Shown piece by piece: positions 26,632 through 38,414 of a stretch of 64,000 nt of DNA. Numbering within the stretch: the first letter of the stretch is position 1; each line of letters begins with the position of its first letter. The DNA lies in assembly GCF_004010195.1 (NCBI RefSeq), contig NC_057715.1, positions 63,906,563 through 63,970,562 of the forward strand, read 5' to 3'. Origin of the DNA: Chiloscyllium plagiosum. Its lineage: Eukaryota. The notes below the pieces were generated by a model. It worked only from the letters and a program-made list of their open reading frames with translations, was not told where the DNA came from and searched no databases. The position numbers and the translations under genes are program-made.

Positions 26632-28377
26632 ACTATTCTTTATTGACTTTTCTGTGATGAATTGGCTTTTTCTCCAACTTTCCTTCCTTCCATTATGTCA
26701 TAGCTCCTGCTTTAAGTCCTGTTTCCTAACAGGGATTCATTAGGTGTGTGTTAATGGTAGAGTTGTGAATCCTACAGCATTTGGCTCATAGTACTGCACT
26801 GTCCCTGGCTGAGACTTGATGCTTTTCAATATTGCAGTACATGAGTAATAGAGATTGTGACTGAGAACAGCATGTTTACTATTAATATTTGCCTACAAAT
26901 TACTATGCCAATATAGGTGTATGCAGTATGGGTGTACTTTGGTTAATAATTTTTAAACAGACAGATGTTATGCATTAAGAAAATTTACTAACTTGACCTG
27001 GAAAAAAGTACTTGGCTAAGCAGTGTTGTGCCAAATAAAAGATTTGCTTGTTTTACTGGATTGTACAGAAAAGAAACGTAATCCTGATAAAATTCCACAT
27101 TCAGAATCCTGGAGAGATGCATATATTTAGATGTACATAAACCATGGAAACACTCATTGTCTGTCAGAGATACTTACTGAGAGCAGACTTTCAAAAAATG
27201 TGGTCATGTTCCAAATAGGTCAACGTCAGTGGTAGAAGATTTGAAATGTTGTTTTGAAAACTAAGCATAAAGGGAATATTGACATTGCAAATTGATACAC
27301 AAGGTGTAATATTCCAGGCTAGCAGGGGACATCTAGGAGGTGGGAGGCCTTGAAGATCAGTGGAATTGTTATCAGGACTGATAACCGACATCTTCCCATT
27401 TGTGTGCAGAAAGTTCAGGGTGGTACACGACTGACTTTTCCACTCACCTCCACTTAATACACTTGAATGGTCAATTAACAATATTTAAGATCCTTCCTAC
27501 CTGCATTGCAATTTTCCTTAGCTGCAGCCAGATAACTGACTGGCAGCCTACCAGCCATTAGGTCTCTGCAGACTGCATGTCAGGTGATGGGGTTGGCCTC
27601 AAGCTTCATTCAGTTCTACATGACTGAAGGCATGGACATGAGCAAGAACAAGTTGTTGACGACCTCCTTTCTCTGACTTCGATGGCCTCCCTGCCCCTGT
27701 GACCCTCACTACATGGGGTACACCCTTAAATAATAGTTATCTTTCTCATTGGTTCACTGCTTGATCCTGGGACTGTGAGGAGTTGCAGTACTGGCAGCAG
27801 CCACCACCTCTCCTGTGATGCTGCGGAGTGATAGATTTACTAGTCTCCAATTTGCAAACAATTGTCCTGCTCAAGTCTGTGTGCATTTAATGCAACCTCA
27901 ACTCAAAAATAAATTCTGTTTTAGAGAATTCATACACTTAAAATGATAAAACTTATTCTAGTTGGTGTAAGGAAGGGGATTCAATAACAAAATCCATTTG
28001 GAATTTGGGATGTATGACCAATTTGTAAAGCACTTTTAATTACAGATTCTTTCATTGCCTAATGTGCACTATGAATAATATGACCAGATGTAATTCAAAT
28101 TGATGATCATGTGTGTGCACCCGAACGCAGCCTAGTGTTACTTAACAATTGATAGATTATTTACCAAAATTTGTCAGCTTCATTGACCACTTTTAAAGAA
28201 ATGGAATCCTGGCAAAATTCCACAGTAAGGATCCTGTAGAAATGCATATATTTCGATGCATATATACAATAGAAACATTCATAATTAGTCTTTGTATAGA
28301 ATATGTTAATAGATTGCTTATTACAGACTGGTATAAACCACTGTTTGAAATGTTCTTTTTCTTCTTTCTAATTGTAG

Positions 28378-28496
28378 TGCCTAGTTCATCTTGCAATGGT
28401 TTTGAAGGTTCTGTTCAAAGGACACTTCAAACAACAGTACATGAACAGATGTGTTTTGTAGCAACCGTCCGTCTAGCAACACCTCAATTTATAAAG
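28378..28496 (+). CDS. NPAS2: NPAS2 exon (~8)
   Basis: ttgtag|...AAG|gttagt, 119 nt; (V)[39 protein letters not shown]. Confidence 0.96.
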
Positions 28497-29382
28497 GTTA
28501 GTACATATGGACAGTGAAAATAGATCACACCAGAGTACCAATCTCCCAGGAATTGATTCCTGAACTGCAACCAACAGGCTAGAGAACACTGAATATTGGC
28601 TCCTGATTGAAATTAGACTGGTGAATGGTAGATTCTTGCTGTATCATCCTAGCCTGTTCATTGAAAAAAGTCAATTTAAATTTCATGAAGGTCTTCGAAC
28701 AATGCAATAGGCAATCAGGAGGAGGCTAAGCAGAGCAAGACTTCTGGACATTCCAAGTCACTTATACTTCAGCTTTAGCCACTTTGTCAGGTGCTGCATT
28801 TCTCTGGTGGACCATGCACAGATACACTGTCTGACACCTAGATGTATATTTTACAAGTGGTATCAATACATTTGTAGGAGGCACTTTTTAAAATTTGTTT
28901 ATTAATTAAAATTAAATAGCATGACTTTTTTACATGGTTCTTATTTTCTAATGCTTTTGAATTTTTTGTAAACTTGTTAAATGTAAGTAAAATTCTGAAT
29001 TTTAATCTAAATTGTGAACCAAGTAATGGCCTTCAGGTGATTATTAATTTCAATTTACATTCAACAGTATTTTTAATATATATGACATCCTCAGTAAGTA
29101 ATGAAAGAAGAATTGAATGCTGAGCTGGAGAGAGTTTAAATAGATAGATAAATAACTTGGATGTACAGGTTTTTGAAGGATGGGAAGTGAGGTAGAGAGG
29201 TATACTGGCAGTCAGAGAATTTTAAAGATAAAGTAATTAATGCGACCAGAGGGAAAGAGAACTTATTGATGATGGAGAAGCAAAGTAAGAGGGTAATAAA
29301 CAGATGGCCAGAGTTGGAAAAGTGACAGAAGGGGAAGTGAGCCTTGTCAAGATAAAGTTGAGCAATCAGAGAGTGAGGTACT

Positions 29383-29735
29383 GGGCAGCAGGGCAGCTCA
29401 GCAATTAGCCCTGCTGCCTCACAGTGCCAGGGGCATTGGTTTGATTCCAGCCTCAGGTGACAGTCTACATGGAGTTTGCACATTCTCCCTCTGTCTGCAT
29501 GGGTTTCGGCTGGATGCTCCAGTTGCCTCCCACAGTCCAAAGATGTGCAGGTTAGGTGGATTTGCCATACTAAATTGCCAATAGTGTCCAAGAATGTACA
29601 GGCTAGATGGATGAGCCATGGGAACTGTGAGGTTACAGGGATTGAGTAGGATGTTGGGTCTAGGTGTGATGCTCTTCAGAGGGTTGGTGCAGACTCAATG
29701 GGCTGCATGGCCTCTTTCCATTCTGTACGGATCCA
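29383..29735 (+). mobile_element. HE1-like V-SINE (diverged)
   Basis: tRNA head plus ggagtttgcacattctccct...cccacagtccaaagatgtgcaggttagg. Confidence 0.85.
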
Positions 29736-30659
29736 ATGAATCATTGTACAGGGCAGAATCTAGGTTTTAGACAAATTTGAGTTTATGGAGGGGGATGAGG
29801 GGAAGCCAGTGATGAAAATATTGGAATAATAGGGATTTGAGGTGAGAAAAACATGAATGAGAGTTTTTCTGCTTTAGGTACAGATGATGAGATCAGTAAT
29901 AATGAAGCAGCTTCTTCCAGCGTTAATTTTCCACATTTTGGATCCAATGTCAAGTTACTCCCAGGTCAGCTATATCCCAGAACAAACTGCACAGAATGAG
30001 GTAGATCTTCATTTTGTGTGATCATGAAAATTGGTGATAGCAAGTCACAGCTTGATTTTCATCTCTGCTGGTTCCATTGAAATCATTGAACTATCTGCTT
30101 TGGATGTTTTCCCACATAATTTTGCGTGTGTTTTCTATAGGGAATGGCTTTATCTAATAGCTCATGTCTCTGTGGGACAAAATTTGTGATCATTATATGT
30201 TGTTTAAAATAGTTATAGCTACCAGTGGTTTGAAGATGGGGAGGTCTCATAAACTACATAGTCTGCCCACTGCCTTCCCAGTGTCCCTCAAACAGTTTCC
30301 CATGTTATGGAGGACAGTGGATGTGTCAAGCAGGCCAACCACCTTTGGGACAGTCAAGACCCGTAAGTGGCTCTTCAGTGCATCATCCAACCCCACACAC
30401 TATTATGGCATAGGAGGCCTCTGACAAACTGGCCATAGTCTTCCCTGGGTAAGAGATGTTCCCTGTCCCCAGTGCAGGCACCCCATCCATTGCCGGCCAC
30501 CACAAAAGCCATACCCCTGACATTACCTTTCCACAGCCTCTCAAATCCTCTCCCAGCCACCAAATCCTGCATTCGGCCCATTGTGCCTACACCGGCTGTA
30601 TTATCTAATCCAGCTCTATTATCGTACCAATTTCCTGAATTTCCCCATATTCCAGTACA

Positions 30660-31372
30660 CCATTATAATTTTAAAAATCCAATGCCCTCTTGAATTCTTC
30701 AGTTGAACCTGTCCCCATCACATTTCCAGGCAGTGCATTCCATGCCCTAACTGCCCACCGTGTGCAATTTTTTTTTTCTCAATTCACCCTTGCTTTATTT
30801 ACATGTCACTTTAAATCTATGCTCTCGTTCTTATTTCATTTGGAAGCAGAAACAATTTCACTCTCTCGACGCTGCTGAGTTGCTCATGATTTTGAAAACC
30901 TCAATCAGATTTCCTCTCAACCATCTTCTCTTTAGGGAGAAAAGTCCCAAGTTCTCCAGTCTATCCTCATAGTTAAGATTCTCATATTTGGAACATTTAC
31001 AGTAAATCACTTCTGCACTTGCTCCAATACATTCACAACTTCTCTATAATGTGGTGCCCACACTGAACACAATATCCATCTGAGGTTTAAGAAGTGTCTT
31101 ATATAGGTTCAGCATGCCCTTGCTCTTGTTCTCTACGCTCTTATAAATAAAACCAAGAACACTATATGCTTTATTAGCTGCTCTCTCCACCTGATTGTGA
31201 CCTTCAATGATCTGGGCACATATGGTCCCTCTTCTCCTGCACCCCCTGTAGAATTATACCCCCTATTTCATAGTGTTGTTCAATGTTCTGCCAACCAAAG
31301 TGTATCACCTCACATTACTCGGCGTTGAACATCACCTGCCACTTATCTGCGTATTCCAAGTTGTCTATGTCC
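30660..31372 (-). mobile_element. Old CR1 LINE 3' fragment
   Basis: Reverse-strand similarity to the other CR1 copies (tggcaggtgatgttcaac, tatattgtgttcagtgtggg). Confidence 0.7.
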
Positions 31373-32240
31373 CATTATAATTGGGGCCTGCCAGCCAGGC
31401 CCTGCTGATAAACCAGACATGCTTTCAGTCTGAACTTCCTATCTTTCTTGGGTTGTCTGTTGTCTAGCTGTAGCCACAGCTTAAATCTGGTACTTTTGAA
31501 AGCACAGAAGCTCTCTAAGACAAGACCTCCTCCCAATATGGTGCAGAGGTCTTGCCTTGAGACAATTAATGTCCCAGTGAGTGGGCTTTCCTATTTGAGA
31601 TCCCAGTTGACTATTTTAGGGGAGGGGGAGATGGGAATGTGGTGCTCTGTAAAATCCAGCCTCAGGTAAAGACTACTGTAAAAACATTAACTTCAGTGAA
31701 CTGAGTAAAAATTTGGCTCAGGTAGATTGGTATCAAAAATTAATAGACAAAACAGTAATTAAATAATGGTCCTCAAAAAGATGGTCACGTATAGAGTAGG
31801 CACATTCCCATGGCACAGGAAAGAAAGGTTTTCAAGGCTAGAGCTGACTAAACATGTCGAGGATAAAAATGAGAGGGAAAAAGCAGGCTTGTGACAATTG
31901 GAAGGCTTATGATGCATCAGAAAACCAAACTGAACATAGAAAGTGCAGAGGAGATCCAAGAAAATGTACATAATAGGAATAGAGAGAGTATGAGAATAGA
32001 TTAGCAAGTGACATAGAGGTCAGACAAAAGTATTTTCTAAGTACAAATGTGGTAAAAAGATAGCCAAAGGAAGAGCAGGCCTATTTAGGGACCAGAAAAA
32101 GATATCTTCTGGAGACAGAGGGCATGGCTGAGATACAAAATGATTACTTTGCAACTATTTAGTACAATGAATTTTGAAGTTATGTGTTTTGATGCATTTT
32201 TGTAGGAAAGACGAAATGCAGCAAAATGAACTAAATGCTG

Positions 32241-32355
32241 GATAAAAGCAAATTGGGCTTTGACAAAGGGTCAGTTAGACTCGAAACGTCAGCTCTTTTC
32301 TATCCTTACAGATGCTGCCAGACCTGCTGAGATTTTCCAGCATTTTCTCTTTTGG
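32241..32355 (+). mobile_element. PLE family D-like 3' fragment
   Basis: agggtcagttagactcgaaacgtcag...gatgctgccagacctgctgag; flanking repeat tgaactaaat(g/a)ctg. Confidence 0.7.
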
Positions 32356-32828
32356 TGAACTAAATACTGTAGTTTTAAAGGGTCTGGAAGAACGGAGTGA
32401 GATCTGGGGGGAAATGTACATGAAACTATGAAGGTATAAGATGGAAAGTATGTTGCAAAAGAAAATGGCATCCTTCACTTTGTTAATAGAGGAATAGAGT
32501 GCAGAAACAAAGATGTTTCTGTGTTACTGCTAATGAGCCAAGGGCCAAAATGATGCCACATGACCAGCAATGGCATGCTGGGTTAAGGATGTGTAGATAG
32601 TTGAGATTTTCACATAAATTGTACCTATGCTATCAATCCAGTATTAAAGAGGTAATTCTATGTTAAGGAAAAAATATATAAGAATATGATAGTTTTAATA
32701 AAGCTAACTGGTTAGGCCTCAGCTGGAGTATTATGTTCAGTTCTAGACTCAATATTTTAGAAAGGATGTCCAGAACTTGGTAAAGGTGCAAAAGTGTTTT
32801 ATTAGAATGGTACCAAGTTTTAGGGACT

Positions 32829-33372
32829 TTCTTTGTTGTGGTTCTGTTCGCCGAGCTGGGAATTTATGTTGCAGACTTTTCGTCCCCTGTCTAGGTGACA
32901 TCCTCAGTGCTTGGGAGTCTCCTGTGAAGCGCTTCTATGATCTTTCCTTCGGCATTTGTAGTGGTTTGTATCTGCCGCTTCCGGTTGTCAGTCCCAGCTG
33001 TCCGCTGCAGTGGCCGGTATATTGGGTCCAGGTCGATGTGTTTATTGATTGCATCTGTGGATGAGTGCCATGCCTCTAAGAATTTCCTGGCTGTTCTCTA
33101 TTTGGCTTCTCCTATAATAGTAGTGTTGTCCCAGTCGAACTCATATACCGGCCACTGCAGCGGACAGCTGGAACTGACAACCGGAAGCGGCAGATACAAA
33201 TCACTATAAATGCCGGAGGAAACATCACAGAAGTGCTTCACAGGAGACTCCCAAGCACTGAGGATGTCACCTAAACAGGGGACGAAACGTTTGCAACACA
33301 AATTCCCAGCTCGGCGAACAGAACCACAACAACGAGCACCCGAGCTACAAATCTTCTCCCAAACTTTGAACA
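32829..33372. mobile_element. Fold-back PLE family A insertion within a CR1 fragment
   Basis: Left arm (minus) carries GIY-YIG C-terminal FDWDNTTII...FLEAWHS; right arm (plus) ends aaactttgaaca; 10-bp TSD tttagggact (32819-32828, 33373-33382). Confidence 0.9.
33255..33294 (+). ncRNA. Minimal hammerhead motif (family A), sense
   Basis: gca-CTGAGGA-t-[gtcacct aaac aggggac]-GAAACGTT-tgc. Confidence 0.8.
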
Positions 33373-33789
33373 TTTAGGGACTAGAGAAGCTGAGGTTATT
33401 CTCCCGAGAGCAGAGAAGGTTAACAGGATATTTATTTTTAGCTTTGATAGAGTAAATAAAGAAAAAAAACTTAATTTAGTGACAGAACAGTTGGTAATGA
33501 GAGGACAGAGATTTCAGATAATTGGTAAAAGAACAAATGATGACTCAAAAAAAAATTTTTACAGTGCAAGTTATTCAATCTGTACACTGAAGAAATATTC
33601 AATGAATTAGCTGTGCTTCCAGGTGTAAAATTAAGACAGAAGAACATAACAAGCTTATAATATTCTGACAGTATTAGAAGAGGCAGTACAAAATAGCATA
33701 GATCAAGTAAAATATAGAATTTAGAATAATGTTTGAATATGAACACCAAAAAGAGAAAAGAAATGATGGTTAGATGGAGTATGTTAGAA

Positions 33790-34390
33790 TAAATTAGGGT
33801 GACGTTTGAATTATGTGGTGTTTCACTGGACCAAGTAAATAAGTTGGCTATTCAGGACAAATACCAACAGAAGGTGACAGGTATGATGCAAAAGTTAAAA
33901 GAAGAATGGAGGTAGCCAGAACTAATTTTTTTAAAGATAAAGAATATGTTAACAACAATAATACTTAAGATGGTAACAAGGAAAATAATTCATAAAAGTG
34001 TACATTCTATCTGTCCAATTTCCTGTATAGCTCCGACACCTTGTCAAAAATTATAGGTCTCTGGAAAAAGATAAGTTTTCTTGAAATCTGGATGCTTAAC
34101 TGTATGCTAACAATTCCAAATACAGAACATTAGTCAAATGAAGAAGTATTTAAAAGTACAAGAGGAAAAAGAACTTTAAGAAGATGACATCCAGAAAATA
34201 AATTGTCAGTATTTTGGACATTTAATCAGAGCTGAAAAGCTGCAGAGAATTCTTTCAGAAAGCAGTGTGGAGAATAGCAGAAAGAGGGATCAATCTAGGA
34301 GTAGTTGGATGGCAGATCGCATGGAGTGGTTGTTGATTGGCTGCAGTGAATATGTGAGGATGGAACAGTGTGGCACACCGTGATAACATA
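33790..34390 (+). mobile_element. Decayed RTE-clade LINE 3' fragment
   Basis: VKRRMEVARTNF, LEIWMLNCMLTIP, SNEEV, YFGHLIR, RSSWMAD resemble RTE C-terminal motifs. Confidence 0.65.
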
Positions 34391-34938
34391 TCTCCTGGCA
34401 GAAATAGCTACATGCAGCAACAGAATTGTTGTGATCTAGGATGTAATATCCGAAAGACTGGTCAGAATCAAATTCAATAATAATGGCCAAATTTAAATAG
34501 ATAAGAAATTGAAAGAAAATATTTTACAGAGCTACAGGAAGAGAACAAAGGAGTGTGATTAATTGAACACCTCTATCAGAAACCTAGCACAGGCAAAATG
34601 GGTCTTTTTTTGTGCAGAATCATTCTATGATTCTGTGCAGTGGAAAGCTAAGGAGTAACTGTTGCCTGTGAATGCGAAAATTTGCTGTTTACTCAACAAT
34701 GAAACCTTTATTCTTAAACTTGTAAGGAAGAGCACAATCGATTATGCCACACAATGATATCAATCAATTATTTACTTTCTATATTTATTCTGAATATTAA
34801 AAAGGGAAAGATTTGTCAATGAACCGTATTTATTATTAAAGCACATTGATTTGCAAAGCTTGAAATGTAGCATTAAAATCTGTTCTGTATAAAATCTACC
34901 ACTGTTAACCATATTTACAATACTTTATTTCAACACAG

Positions 34939-35021
34939 GAGATGTGCATAATAGAGGAGCCTTTGGAAGAATTTACCTCTAGACATAGCTTGGAGTGGAA
35001 GTTTTTATTTCTAGATCACAG
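34939..35021 (+). CDS. NPAS2: NPAS2 exon (~9), PAS-B
   Basis: cacag|...AG|gttagt, 83 nt; [27 protein letters not shown](R). Confidence 0.97.
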
Positions 35022-35194
35022 GTTAGTGAGAATTTTTTTGTGATTAAAGCAGAACTTACCAGTGTCATGTTACCAACTTGTTTTAAGCGTAAGAAGTAGT
35101 TATATAAGCAATGTCTGCTCCTAGAAGGAAAAAGAGTGCTTTATTTCTATTTCCATTTTGCTACATCAAATATTAATTTGAATATTGTTACAGT

Positions 35195-35560
35195 ATTAAA
35201 GGGGTGCAGGAACAGAGAAACCTTGGATTTTACTTACATAAATATTTAAAGGTGATAGGACCAGTTGATGAGGACGTTAAAAGGCGCACAGATTCCTTGG
35301 GTTGACAAATACAGGTTTTGAATACTAAATCAAGGAGGTTATACTGTGTCCGTACAAACCAATGAATAGGCTTCAGCAGTGTTAATATGCCCTATTCTAT
35401 ATCCCATACATCAGGAAAGATGTCTAGGCCTTGAAGAATGGGCAAAGGAAATTTACCAGAATGTTACCAGAGATGAGGCACCTCAATATGGGGAAAGGTA
35501 AAGTAAGCTGAGATTTTTTTGAAGACCAAGAAAGGTTAATGGGAGATTTGTTGGTGGTTT
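35195..35560 (+). mobile_element. Old CR1 fragment
   Basis: VQEQRNLG, RKDV*ALKNGQRKFTRMLP motifs. Confidence 0.7.
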
Positions 35561-37325
35561 TAATAGCAAACATAAGAAGAAATGGCTTCCACTGAGGGGT
35601 GCGCGCATTTTAGAAATCATCAGCAGCACACATGCAATTTTCTAATATGTGGCAGGGTGGCCTGTTTTTTTCAGACAAATTGTTGAGTTTGGTGCATAAC
35701 TTGCTACATCAAGAGATGTTTACTCCTTATCTTCATCAGTGACTTTGATGTTGTGTTGCTTTTCATTTTATAATGACACTCTCTCTGTGGTTAATTCCCC
35801 ATAGTGTTCAAGTCAGAGCAAATGTGGATAGTAATGGATACTGGGAAAATTAATGCAGTATGTTTCAACATCTCAAAAGGCAACACTAAGGGAACACTTT
35901 TGTCAACTAACCTCTGCTTTGTGATCTGAAAATTCTTTAATAATATCATGGTTTCCTCACTTACAAGTTTCAGCTCACTATGATGACAATTGCCACCTTC
36001 CCTTCACTAGAACAGGGTTTGTTCCCTAGAATGTAGATGGAAGAATAGAGGCATCAATATATTTGACCCTATTTTGCTTTATTTATGACAATAGGCTTCA
36101 AACTATCTTATCTACCCAGTAATGAGAGATCACAGCTATTCCTCAAGCAGGCTGCTAAGAAAAGCTTTCTTATGTATCTGGAAGTGTGAACATCCACAGA
36201 CCAAAGGCAAGAAGACTGGAGTCCATAATGACAACAAGTGCCTCCAGTCAGTATCTAATGAGAGACATACTTATGCCTTCAGAAACCATGGTTAGAGCAG
36301 TTTTTTGTTGTCATAAAGACAGACAAAGTTTGCTAGGAATACAGCTGCAATGCTTCATTTCATCATTCTGTACCATTTGAAAGAATCTGCATCAATCCTA
36401 GTTGTAGAGTGTAGTCTCCACTCCTACCTGTGAAATGCAATCCTAAATAATGTGGACGTCAACAACCTGTTTAGTGTGCACAGCAACACACATATTAAGC
36501 TGTGAAGAATATATGCCTAATCGCTTGGCATCTGAGTACATTTCTTCAAGTGCTTTCTTACATTCAAAAACCAACAAAATTATAGTCATAATAAATATTG
36601 CAGATAATTCCAACCACATTCTAATTGGATATCATGCAATAAACAATGAATGGCAACTTCTGTTTAATTGTAATTACTTGGGATTTTATAAAACTATCTT
36701 GAATAGGTGAATGTTTAAATGAAGATTTTATACTGTACTATATCAAAATGTTCACACCTTGTCAAACTTTTCATTTTAAAGTTGGTTAGTCTATCTACAT
36801 GTGATTCTTATTCATACAATTAATGGTTGTACTTATGTAATGGAATTTGTTACCTTGTCCCAGTTCTTTTTGACAAATGATCAGATTGTTGTTCCTGAGG
36901 CAGGTACACAGCATTGGGAAATTGCCCAGCTTCAGGAGAGACTGTCCTGACTGGCTAGATCTTTGTTCTGTGGGCTAGGAATACTTGGGGTGAGGGGCGT
37001 GACCATGGAAATAGTTCTGAAGTGATCTTGTTATCTGCTCTGTATTGAGACAGACTATATAAATGTTTTAATAAAAGCAGTTAGGACTCTAATCTCCACA
37101 GCCCTTGCCCCACCCAGACCCCATCCATACCAATGCAAGCCCCAACCCACTGTGAAGGCACCTCAGATCTTCTATGTCAACCTAAGCCCCTCAACCCCCT
37201 CACTTCCCTCCCTTACACACTCAATGCCAATTCACCAAATACATTCATGAGTTGACCTCACGTGCCATGCTGAGATGAAAATAAAACAAAGTTTGAAGTA
37301 TCAGTTGCAAAGTTCACTATACTAA

Positions 37326-37629
37326 AGATTAGATTACTTACTTACAGTGTGGAAACAGGCCCTTCAGCCCAACAAGTCCACACTGACCCTCTGAAGAGCA
37401 ACCCACCTAGACCCATTCCCCTACATTTACCCCTTCACCTAACACTACAGGCAATTTAGCATGGCCAATTCACCTAACCTGCACATCTTTGGACTATGGG
37501 AGGAAACCCACGCAGACAAAGGGAGAATGAGCAAACTCCACACATAGAGTCGCCTGAGGCGGGAATTGAACTCGCGTCTCTGGCGCTGTGAGGCAGCAGT
37601 GCTAACCACTGTGTCACCGTGTTGCCCAC
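37326..37629 (-). mobile_element. HE1-like V-SINE
   Basis: Near-colinear with 9832-10157, with an internal deletion. Confidence 0.9.
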
Positions 37630-38307
37630 ACTTGTTGATAAAAGACCATTCAATACATTTAAACCTCTTCAAGACCTTAACCACTCATAAAAACAAACAT
37701 TCATATCCCCACATAAAAAGCAGCCAATCCCTTAGTAGTTCTGCAAATCTGTTAATCAAACTGTGAAATTACAGCCTCCCCCACCCAATGTGATAATTAT
37801 TGGTGTGGACGCAGTCAAGAAGTAATAATACTCTACGGATCATGCCAACAAACTATTATCAAAATCTGTAGAACTAGTTTTTTTTCAACTTAGAGACAAT
37901 TCAGGCATTAAAAAAGTAGGGATTCAAATGACATGACAGCTTCACAATTTCATAGACTTGAACTCCCTTTTACATACAATCATGTCTGCTCTTAAAAACT
38001 GTAAACCACACACTATAGGAAACAAATCTCACTCCTGTTTGCTTTTACCCATACACCCCACTGCCTTGGCCCCACCATTCCCACCAGATGAAGACTAAAT
38101 CTATGGAAATGGGAGAGGGACCTCCAATCTGGGCAACCAAGTTTCTTCAACCTTCTGAAAATTCTCATCATTGTATAGACATTCAATTCAATTAATTAAG
38201 TTTGTTTGATTCATTTTCAGGCACTTTGTGTTTTCTGTACAAACAGTTTAATAGTTGCAAGTAAGTTCTGCTTACATTTTGTAGTTAAATATTCTTTCTA
38301 ACTGCAG

Positions 38308-38414
38308 GGCTCCACCGATCATTGGTTATTTGCCTTTTGAAGTCCTTGGTACATCAGGTTATGATTATTACCACGTGGATGATCTGGAACAGCTCGCCAG
38401 GTGCCATCAACAAT
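38308..38414 (+). CDS. NPAS2: NPAS2 exon (~10), PAS-B
   Basis: tgcag|...T|gtatgt, 107 nt; [35 protein letters not shown]. Confidence 0.97.

Noticed and set aside
37259-37264. Canonical E-box CACGTG (also one inside exon ~10)
   Set aside because: Single hexamers are expected by chance in 64 kb; the second is explained by His-Val codons.
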